Positions 1-10,309 of a DNA stretch of 64,000 bases are shown in pieces. A model generated the notes under the pieces. The model was not told the DNA's origin. It saw only the letters and a program-made list of their open reading frames with translations, and did no database searches. The translations under genes and the position numbers were made by a program. The DNA comes from Lingula anatina (lineage: Eukaryota > Animalia > Brachiopoda): contig CM120649.1 in assembly GCA_051362555.1 (NCBI GenBank), positions 2,542,001 through 2,606,000 on the forward strand, written 5' to 3'. The first letter of the stretch is position 1. Each line of letters starts with the position of its first letter.

Positions 1-560
1 AGCTTGTAAATAAATGCTTTTAAAAATATCATCAGTAATACCAGTATTTACTGTGAGACCAGCAGGTATATTGTAACACTAACGTAAGCGCTGGGACATA
101 ATGGTTTTACCTCCAATCACCGCGATATCCACATGAAGGCGGATACAAGTCACCGTTATCGCGTCTCCTCACACACTACACGTGGATTAGCTACTTGGAC
201 CTGAGGTCACACCCTCAACTCAAAAAGTAAATGAGCAATATTTTCTTTTTATTATTTCTTTGATATCCTTCTTTTCATGTACAAATACGTGAGTTTAGTT
301 TGTGATTTTACAGAAAAGGAAAAATGAATTGCTGACTGCCATTACATTATACAGTAAAAAACTTTAATGGGCGTGTGACTGGATATATGGGCTAACAAAA
401 TAATTTGATTGCGCAGTTTGTGTTATTTATCTTTTTAGATTTTTTAAATTCTTCCTCCCCAACTTTTCATTAGAAATGCCATTTAGAATCAAATGCATTT
501 CACCTTTAAATCTGAAATAAGCACTGGAATGATTTTGAATATTAATAGCACATTCTGAGA
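1..560 (+). other. 3' flank / poly(A) region of an additional TRIM-NHL paralog lying left of the window
   Basis: Bases 1-560 align with the sequence after TRIM copy 1 (from ~23160) and copy 3 (from 42521), including AATAAA at 9-14 (cf. 23169-23174, 42529-42534). Confidence 0.7.
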
Positions 561-1436
561 CCACCACGTTGTCAGAATTATCATTAAAAAGTATATTTAT
601 TCCACGTTGTACATGTCACTGAACGGCGACAGGTACACCATTGCGCATTTGTTCAACAGATATCCTAACTCGAGGGAAAGGCCAGCTCAGATTGGCAGAA
701 TGGTCAGTGGCAACGGCTGATTGAAAACTGTTCAAAACTTGACCTTCTTAGCTAAATTATGACAACATTAAAGATACATACAAAGTCAATTTTTTGTCAC
801 AAAAACCAACCAAATGCCAGCATATAGTTTCAAGTAGTATAACTAAGAGAATTACCAAAAGGCATTGTTTAATTTGACCCGAAAATGATGTTTGAACAGA
901 TTTTTCTGCTGGCATTCTAAGCTGTATGTCAATGGGGCGGGAAAGTAGGTCACGAAAATAGGTTACAACCATAAAAATTTACAACCATAAATTTAAAGAA
1001 AGGAGCAGTCTAAAGGTCTTTTATGGCTGATCGAGTGATAGATTCAGTTTTTCCCTTGGCATGTCGAATTTATTTGAGTCATATAAGAATCTAGTAGAAG
1101 TGGTTTACATGTATTATTGGGATTCCACACTCCATCGACGCTCGGTTCGTATGTACCTTTAAAACAAATTTTCCTTTCGTAAAAGCAATTGACGGGAGTT
1201 GGCCGCCGAGTTCATTACAAAATGTATTTAGAGGATGTGATAGTATTTAGCTTTATTCGTTTGAAGGGGTGTTTTACGGTGAAATGAGAATTTTTTTCTC
1301 TCGGTATGCATGTAAAACTCTACACTGCCACCCTCTGACGACATATGCCATGAACACCTATCACTGAGGCTCCAGATGTTCTGGGATACATCACTCAGGT
1401 GACAGGGTATTGTCCCACACTTACCTGTATCTCACA

Positions 1437-1540
1437 TATATATAAGAAGTCACATCCGTGGCAGTCACACCCACCAGTGTGCTGAGAACGCCACCGGACC
1501 ACACCCTCTCGCTCTCTCCTTGTTACTTAGTCAGGTAAGT
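1437..1540 (+). promoter_or_regulatory. Putative TATA box, initiator and non-coding exon 1 of SH3BGRL copy A
   Basis: TATATAAG at ~1439, CAGTC ~25 nt downstream, exon ending TCAG|GTAAGT (donor 1535). Homologous exon/donor at ~17329, ~24487, 43253, 51496 (GC donor) and 56072. Confidence 0.5.
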
Positions 1541-1976
1541 GAAATATTATACAAATAGTATACAGTTTGTTAATCATAAACAACATTACAGATGATACAA
1601 CACGGTGTTCTGTAAACTACGGTTTTATATCATAACTAACGCAATAATGGAAAAGACCGACTGTCGTGAGTAACATATACATGTATGATCGGAGTCGAAT
1701 TACCTTTACCACCAGTTCTTTCATATTGTATTGAAATTGTGGTGTCGAGCGTCGATGAAATCATGAAAATAATCTCTCTCCATCTCCCCTCCCTTGTTCC
1801 TTCTTACTCCGCTTCTCTTCCTACTTCTTTGACCTCTCTCTCTCTCTCTCTCTCTGTATTAGATTTAATAAAAATATACTCAAAAGGGCTCCGATGAGAC
1901 TCAACATCCGACCATTGTATGCGAGATACAGATAAAAGCTATGCCCCCATGTCTTTCCAGGTTGCTGTAGTACGCC

Positions 1977-4900
1977 ATGAAGACTGCCTCCGTTAGCTAC
2001 GTTTTGGTCATAGCCATTATGGCTGCCTGTGTGGAGTTTATTGGTGAGTTCCAAGCCATCACCTGCGTCTGTCGGCGCCGTCGTCGTGCACTCTTAGAGA
2101 TACATGTAGCACGTTTGATGAGAGCAAATTAAATGATAAAATGTTGGCCATATGCTAAATTTACGTTGTTCAAGTTGTGTGCTGGTCGACAGAAATCGTT
2201 ATAACCGGGGCGTAACCAGATCTTTAAAAATTGTACGCACAGATTTTTATTCCCGGATATTCCCGGTGTACCATGAAATTCTGACTCCCCTAAAATGTGA
2301 CTGCCCAGTCAGATTTTCATTATGAAAATCTGACTCCCCATTCAGATTTTCATAATGAAAATCTGACTCCCCCCATGAAATTTTGACTCCCCCCAAAAAA
2401 AACATTCATTAATCTCATTTTATTTGAGTAAATGACTACGATTTTGTAGTATGCATAATGGATGATACATTGGCACCTTTTTTATAGTTTGCAGGTGAAA
2501 ATCTTCATAAAAAAAAGAAAAATTAAAAATGTGCACATAATGAAAATGTGGTTCCCCTATGAAAATTTGACTCCCCCTCCACAAAACTTCATAAATCTTA
2601 TTTTATTTGAGTATATGACTGTGATCCTGTAGCATGTAAAATGGTTGATACATTGGCACATTTTTTGTAGTTTGCAGTGAGAATTTTAATGAACAAATAA
2701 GAAAATTAAAAATGTGCACATAATGAAAATCTGACTCCCCCATGAAAATTTGACTCCCCCTCCACAAAACTTCATAAATCTTATTTTATTTTGAGTATAT
2801 GACTGTGATCTTGTATTATGTAAAATGGTTGATACATTGGCACATTTTTTGTAGTTTGCAGTGAAAATTTTAATGAAAAAATGAGAAAATTAAAAATGTG
2901 CACATAATGAAAATCTGACTCCCCCAGTGGTATGGTGACTGAATATAAAATAGGTCCTTTTCTCCATGGGAGTCCAAATCTCGTGGGTGTAAAAATAAAG
3001 ATTTTCATGATTTCTTTTTCATGCTTTCACTATTTTATCATCAAACCTTTAAATATTTCCAATATATTTTTCATAAAGTATCCTAAAAGAAAAGGTGTTG
3101 AAATGATCATCAAATATTAAATAACTTTTTCATAGGGGAGACAATAGGCGATTAAGTGGACATTTTTAATTTTCTTATTTTTTCATGAAAATTTTCACCT
3201 GCAAATTACAAAAAAGCGCCAATGTATCCTCCATTTCACATACTACAAGATCACAGTCACATCCTCAAAATAAAATAAGATTTATGAAGTTTTGTGGAGG
3301 GGCAGTCATATTTTCATGGGGGAGTCAGATTTTCATTATTTGCTCATTTTTAATTTTCTTATTTTTTCACATAATTTTTCACCTGCAAACTACAAAAAAT
3401 GTGCCAATGTATCCTCCTTTTTACATACTACAAGATCACAGTCATATACTCAAAATAAAATAAGATTTATGAAGTTTTGTGGAGGGGGAGTCAAATTTTC
3501 ATGGGGGAGTCAGATTTTCATTATGTGCAAATTTTTAATTTTCTTATTTTTTCATTAAAATTTTCACTGCAAACTACAAAAAAAGCGCCAATGTATCCTC
3601 CATTTCACATACTACAAGATCAGACACATATACTCAAAATAAAATAAGATTTATGAAGTTTTATGATGGGGGAGTCAAATTTTCATGGGGGAGTCAGATT
3701 TTCATTATTTGCTTATTTTTAATTTTCTCATTTTTTCATTAAAATTTTCACTGCAAACTACAAAAAATATGCCAATGTATCAACCATTTTACATACTACA
3801 AGATCACAGACATATACCCAAAATAAAATATGATTTATAAAGTTTTATGATGGGGGAGTCAAATTTTCATGGGGGAGTCAGATTTTCATTATGTGCTCAT
3901 TTTTAATTTTCTTATTTTTTCATTAAAATTTTCACTGCAAACTACAAAAAAATGTGCCAATCTATCCTCCTTTTTACATACTACAAGATTACAGTCATAT
4001 ACCCAAAATAAAATAAGATTTATGAAGTTTTATGATGGGGAGTCAGATTTTCATTATGTGCACATTTTTATTTTTCTTATTTTTTCATTTGAATTTTCAC
4101 TGCAAACTACAAAAAAATGTGCCAATCTATCCTCCTTTTTACATACTACAAGATCACAGTCATATACTCAAATAAAATAAGATGTATGAAGTTTTGTGGA
4201 GGGGGAGTCAAATTTTCATGGGGGGAGTCAGATTTTCATTATGAAAATCTGACTGGGGAGTCACATTTTCATAATGAAAATCTGACTGGGGAGTCACATT
4301 TTCATGGGAGTCAGATTTTCATGTTACACCGGCAATATGTAGACTAGCGCAACAGATGAAGGACAGCGTAATCACAGTATATATTGTACCACACATAGCA
4401 GCTTAATTTCCATTAACAATAAAATCATCATTTAGTCAGAAATATTCTCGCAATTAAAAAAGTTTCAATATTGTTATTACCCAGAACAGTATATTTATTT
4501 AAAAGGAGGCTAGCTTCGCATATGTGGAACCCCATAATCACAGCATATATTGTATCACACATCGCAGCTTAATTTCCGTTAACAATAAAATCATCATTTA
4601 GTCAGATATATTTTCGCAATTAAAAAAGTTGCAATATTCGTACTACCCAGAATGGTATATTTATTTAAAAGGAGGCTAGCTTCCTTTATGTGAGGTAAAG
4701 GAAGTTCCAGTTAGATGGACGATTAAGACAGGACTTGTTAAGTTTACAGGCATTGTTAACCTCAGTTCAATAAAAGTATGCAAGAACAATTGTCCCTATA
4801 CAATTGATACAGAGGATTTGTACTTACAGGTGACTTTAATAAGCAGAGGATTTTCTTTTATATTCCGTGAAAAATACACTTAATTTATAAAAAAAAATAA

Positions 4901-5529
4901 TATCATGGTTGGCCAAAAAATTGTACGCACAGTGCATCCGTGCGTATGCCTAGTTACGCCCATGTAAAATACATTGATACAAACCAAGTCAGGGAGAGGG
5001 TTGACTATATTATGAACCTATTCTTTCACAACATGAGTTTAAAGAAAAAATATTTCAATTGAGTGGATTCGGCAACAGACATACAAAACAGCGACAAAGG
5101 GCAACGAGCACATATTTACTTTAACAATTTTCTACTTTTATTAAATTTCTTTAATTTATTTATCCAATATATGTTGACATGTTTTAGGCTACGTGTTCCA
5201 GATTCCTTTTCGTATTCATTTTCCTCTTTATAGAGTGCGATCGTCTGCCCTCAAAGGGGATCCGTGTGTACATCAGCAGCGTGTCAAGCAACCTGGAAAT
5301 TAAGAAACAACAACAGAGGATACAGATGGTTCTCAGCGGGAAGAACATCGACGCACAGTACATCGATATCTCCTCAAACAACGCCGCCAAGGAATCCATG
5401 AGGGCAAGTGCAGGACCGTCGAGTCTTCCCCCACAACTTTTTAACGGCGAGGAATACCTTGGTGATTACCAAGCTTTTGAGGAAGCAGTTGAAGACAGAC
5501 GTCTTATGGAATTCCTAAAGTTGAACTGA
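1977..5529 (+). CDS. SH3BGR-like protein with predicted signal peptide, copy A; join(1977..2043,5234..5529), 120 aa
   Basis: Acceptor TTCCAG at 1960; gccATG at 1977 encodes MKTASVSYVLVIAIMAACVEFI; phase-1 donor G|GTGAGT at 2044; acceptor TTTATAG at 5233 continues in frame ECDRLPSKGIRVYISSVSS...PPQLFNGEEYLGDYQAFEEAVED..LMEFLKLN (SH3BGR family motifs). The ancestral ATG position is AAG (5254). Confidence 0.8.
2205..4964. mobile_element. Non-autonomous hAT-like TIR element in the intron of copy A (hosts a nested foldback element)
   Basis: Ends CCGGGGCGTAACCAG ... CTAGTTACGCCCATG are inverted repeats. Absent at paralogous sites (~43850, ~53765). The right end recurs at ~37025-37154. Internal ~160-bp direct duplication at ~4370-4690. 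Confidence 0.6.
2263..4332. mobile_element. Foldback-type element with long modular inverted arms made of ~185-bp tandem units
   Basis: Termini CCGGTGTAccATGAAA / TTTCATGTTACACCGG. Left arm (~2263-2925, ~3 units) is the reverse complement of the right arm (~3155-4332, ~6 units). Shared motif GGGGAGTCAGATTTTCAT; short unique centre. Confidence 0.8.
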
Positions 5530-6928
5530 TTTATCTCATGGTTAAAATAAAGTTTGAGACACTGTCAAGACATCAAGGCACGCGAATTCACATGTATAAT
5601 GTAGTTCAACTGTCATTTTGACAAAAACCTAACAAGATATATAAAAAAAAAACAGAAATGTCTGAAGCTGAACGAGCTGAGAGGATTGTATAATAGGGGT
5701 ATATACCGGTACATAATGAATAGTAAAATAAATAATAGAATAAATAGAGCCTTAGTACAAATTATAACTTGCCATGATATGTGTTTACTGTGCTGATAAT
5801 TGTTTAAGGAAAATGATATGAAATATGTTGCACTCTTTCAAGAGAAGTATTATTTTGCAATCTAAGCTTAAATTCTTTATGCACCTGGCATTTGAATACA
5901 CATTTCTACATATAATGACGCGCATGCGCGGTTAACCTATTTCTACTGGTTGCGTGTGGTGTCTACCATTCAGCGAGAGAGCCCTCGGATTTGGATCGAT
6001 AGAGCGATAGTTTTATTTGGAATGAGCCCTTGTTTGATAGATTCAGCACGTCCTTTCTTGTACAAAATACGCTAAACTATCGTGTATCGCGCGTGTTTCG
6101 CGGTACCAAAAGAACTGATAGTGAAAAGCAGGCACGCTATGCACATAGCCGATAGCATCGTTAGCCTATCCAGTTTTTTTTATCAGGTATTGTGTTAAGG
6201 GTGGTGATTCACGCTCACCTAACACATTCTGACCCATGAACTCCCTGTATAACCGCTCTGAGACCAGTGTATCATCTACGGGTTAGCTACTGGTCCATAT
6301 CTGAGGGGGCGGAGAGATAAACATTTTGTCAAAAAAAAAAAAAAAAAAAAAAGAAAGACGAACACCATTCCATTTTGTTAAAATGAACTAATGCGCTAAT
6401 GAGGCAAAACATCGTGATTTTAAAGAAAAATAACGGCATTCTATTTTCATTATATTAAAAGCCTAAAAAATGGTTTCGTATTCCTCTCATACACCGGCCA
6501 GCATGTTGACCTACCACCCCTAGTTTGTGTTTATCTGTACAGGACCTTTATCTGAACTTAAACAATATGATGCCTTATCTTATGATAACACAGACGGCGG
6601 CCAATAGATGGCGGTAACATCTCAGGGCGCGTTTGGACCGGATTTAAATATCAAAATAATAATGGTATAATTATATTTAAAAAATAAGACGACCAAGAAA
6701 AGAAAATAATAAAAAGAAAAAGATAAAATATTATACAACGAAATGAAAAATATTTTTTGCTTAAATTTACGTAGAAAATGTAGGCCCAGTATTGTTGCCA
6801 ACTCGACATCATCCATCAGAATCTATTCCCTCCGTCAAACTTGCAAATAATGCATTTGACTTGCTGACTAAATATATTGCGGGAACTCCATATCTTCCCC
6901 AACTTCCCCGCCTGATCGCTGTGAGTAC

Positions 6929-7080
6929 GGGGCCCCGTATCTCGAAAGCATCGCGTATTGCGAATCGCTATATGAAATAGAGGCTACAATGTATTATATA
7001 GGACGAGTATGGGCGAGTTATGGAATCGAGACGCTTGCGCACGTGTGCAACATAGCGAAGCTTTCGAGATACGGGGCCCA
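6929..7080. mobile_element. MITE (~150 bp)
   Basis: TIRs GGGCCCCGTATCTCGAAAGC / GCTTTCGAGATACGGGGCCC; absent from paralogous sites at ~18355 and ~51675. Confidence 0.65.
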
Positions 7081-9082
7081 GGTTACATGTACCAACCACA
7101 ATTTAAAATCCCATTCACTTCCACTGTAACGTTTAATTCTCTTAAAAATACTTTCCATGCTTCAACAACTGCAACACTTCTGGGTTAAACACTTCTACTC
7201 AAGGCCTGAAAATATTTTAAAAATCAGGGTACATTGCTGGTGTAGCCTTCCAGTGACATGACAAGACCTACAAGGTGCTGCCGCCAGTAGGCTGAAATAA
7301 GCACTAAAATGAAGCAGGGGGGAGGGCATATAAACCTGGCCCCAGGCAGTAAAATTTCACCACTATAAAAATAACACACCAAATTAAAGGTAAATGAAGA
7401 AATTGATTACTAAATTTAATTTTAAAAATTTCAAATGATTCAAAATTGAAAAATAAACTAATTTTTCTCATATATGCAAATGTCTTGCCAAACAAGGAAG
7501 GCTGGAAGTGACGTATCACCTACAGCTTACACCACAGCCGCCAACAAAACATCGTGCCTCGATATGAAACCAAACAACTTTGGTGTTTTTAGCCTCCAAA
7601 TTCTACAAAAATCAAGTTGTCTAATAAATAAGCCGACCTAGGGTTTAATTTTTAATGATGTGTGATTGTATTTATTATTATTAAAGATCCCAATTACAAC
7701 AAAGAATTATTTTGGTTTAGCGCTTTTAAGATTTTTAATAAAACATTCAATATTAACGAGGCTATAAATCATCTCCTGTAGTTTAGTGACTTTGCCGCGC
7801 TTTCGAGAAATTAAATTTGTTGATCATTTCGCGGCAGCGAAAGTTTCATGGGTTGCGTCGATCCCTTAATTTCGCCGACCTGGTGGGTTTTCTCATATGA
7901 AGTGCCTAAAATTAACCTTCCTATATTATTAAATACAATTAGAAATAATTTACACTAGCGATCAAGCACCATGTCTTTATCAAGGGTGGGAGAGGGGTCG
8001 AAAATCCCCTTGGGTACACATATAACTCTATAAATACAAAAGGCAAATACAATAAAGGCAAAATAAGTGTTATTCTAAGGAAAGCTAGCCCACTGGCTTT
8101 GCTTTTTCAACACAATCAACAAAATATTTCCAAAATAATTTTTCAAAACGACACCAGGAAGCAAACGAAATTAAATCAACCAAATGGTTAACACCGGCTG
8201 GCTTTGTGAATTTCACCAACTTGTTTATTGCAAACGAAACAGTTTCGCTCATGCGCAGTTGTTTGAATCCTGTGCTCAGCTACCGTGCAGACGTGTACGG
8301 TACCAGAGACGAACAAAAACAAAATTGAGACACAATACACAGTGATCTACAATCTCACATTGTAAGTAGTGAATACTTTAATGGCGTATAAATATTAACA
8401 GTTGATCGACCACACGGTTTTTTGAAGTACTGTATAGGCATATTATCAGGAATAACGCAATAGTGGGAAAGACTAATTGTTACGAATAAGCAAACTTCTT
8501 TAGTCTTTTTCACATCTATTTTATTTGCTTGTCATTGAAATTGTCACGTAGAAACTGAAATGAACAAAATACATCAAATTAAGAAATTATCCTTAAATTA
8601 TGTTACAATTACAACTAATAAAGTTCTTATTAACTGTTTAAATTACTAAATGATTCATAAAGTCTTACCTCATTGCGGGAATTAGTGACTTTTAATGATC
8701 AGAACATAACTATGATAAGCGCGTGCTCTAGTAAAAAAAGTAAAACGCTATCTCCACCGATGTGCATAACAGCTAAGACGGGCCAAACCTTAACATGGCT
8801 TCCCTAAATTGTGAAAGCAATTTACACAATATACACTGTTTACCTTATCATTACGTATAAAAAATATTTGCTCGGAAATTATTAAGAATTACCGTACCTT
8901 AAACACCTTTAAGGAACATCAAAACTTACTGTTAATTACCGTATTAAAACATAAAATACTTTGCAATCCCATAAACACAAATAGCTCAACATGTAACTGT
9001 CTTTAGAAAACAAAAGTGTTCATTAAATCTACACAAACTGTAGCATAGAATCATAACAAACTGACATTGTCACAGTTAACAG

Positions 9083-10309
9083 TTATTTTGGCTCCTCGAC
9101 GGGGTCTTCTCCGGTCAATAAAAGAATTAACTTGTGCACTGGTCTCTCATATGTAGAGTCCCTAACTTTCAACTTGACCTTACGCACATATCCATCTGCA
9201 CTTTGAAAGATTTCTGCTATGCGACCAAGTGGCCACTGATTTCTTGGTGCACTGTCATCTATCATGAGAACAATATCTCCAACTTGTACATCTCTACATT
9301 GTTTGATCCACTTTTTTCTCTCTTGTAATGTAGGAAGAAATTCCTTTCTCCACCTGTTCCAAAATTCATTGGCTAGATATTGAACATGTCGCCATCTTCT
9401 TTCCTGTGTGTCTTTCCTTATGAAATTCCCAGGTGGTGGCATCACGACCTTAGTTTTCAGGGTCAGGAGCTGATTTGGAGACAAAGGCATTGGAGAATCT
9501 GGTGACTGTGTATCAATGTAAGTCAAAGGTCTACTGTTAACTGTGGCTTCTGCCTCAGTTAACAATGTGGACAAGGAATCATCATCTAAACGGTCACTGT
9601 GAGCTGTGAGAAGTCCTGATAAAGCATTTCTGGCTGATCTGATCATCCTTTCCCACACGCCTCCCATATGTGAAGCATGAGGAACATTCATTTCAAACTG
9701 AATCCAGTCACAGTGGTCTTTCAGAAGTTCTCTCCTGATCTTGTCCTGATCCATATCCATAAAGGCAGTTTCTTGCTCTCCCTTAACTCCAATGAAATTG
9801 GTTCCACGGTCTGCTCTGAGTAGACGTACTGGTCCACGCCTGCATACAAAGCGTCTGTAGCAGTTAATGAAAGAATCTGTGCTGAGTGAATATGCAACTT
9901 CTATATGAATAGCACGTGATGCTAAACATGTAAACATAGCACCATATCTCTTCATCTGCTTTCTTCCCTCCTTCACATAGAATGGTCCAAAGAAATCTAC
10001 TGCACTGTAGGTGAATGGAGGTGCTGGTTCCAGTCTGTCAGCTGGAAGATCTGACATTTTCTGACTCTGTGAGTTTGCTCGTAGCTTACGACAGGTCACA
10101 CATTTCCATATATATGATCCAATCTTGGCACGGCCAGAAATTATCCAATAACCACTAGCTCGGACTTCATTAAGAGTAATGCCACTTCCCGAATGTCCGC
10201 ATCGTGTATGATAGTGGTCAATTATGAGATTTGTAACGTGATGATGCTTAGGCAGATTCACTGGGTGTGTAAGCTCTCTGGGTAGATTTGCTTTCTTTAT
10301 ACGACCACC
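9083..10309 (-). CDS. BEL/Pao integrase (continuation of pol in a shifted frame)
   Basis: HHCC zinc finger (HYH..CGH...CVTC), DDE core (VDFFGP, ADRGTNF, GGVWERMI) and C-terminal WPLGRI...RPVHKL typical of BEL integrases. Confidence 0.92.
   Translation of the reverse strand, partial: GGRIKKANLPRELTHPVNLPKHHHVTNLIIDHYHTRCGHSGSGITLNEVRASGYWIISGRAKIGSYIWKCVTCRKLRANSQSQKMSDLPADRLEPAPPFTYSAVDFFGPFYVKEGRKQMKRYGAMFTCLASRAIHIEVAYSLSTDSFINCYRRFVCRRGPVRLLRADRGTNFIGVKGEQETAFMDMDQDKIRRELLKDHCDWIQFEMNVPHASHMGGVWERMIRSARNALSGLLTAHSDRLDDDSLSTLLTEAEATVNSRPLTYIDTQSPDSPMPLSPNQLLTLKTKVVMPPPGNFIRKDTQERRWRHVQYLANEFWNRWRKEFLPTLQERKKWIKQCRDVQVGDIVLMIDDSAPRNQWPLGRIAEIFQSADGYVRKVKLKVRDSTYERPVHKLILLLTGEDPVEEPK

Noticed and set aside
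2263-4332. CRISPR-like appearance and the short ORFs within the repeats
   Set aside because: Units are fully repeated with no unique spacers, are arranged as inverted arms, and there are no cas genes; the context is eukaryotic. The ORFs are repeat translations.
5950-6250. Conserved block downstream of several SH3BGRL copies as a hidden exon or ncRNA
   Set aside because: Frames contain stops that differ among copies, and similarity is no higher than in the surrounding duplicated DNA; a related motif occurs inverted at ~62570/62715, suggesting an old repeat.
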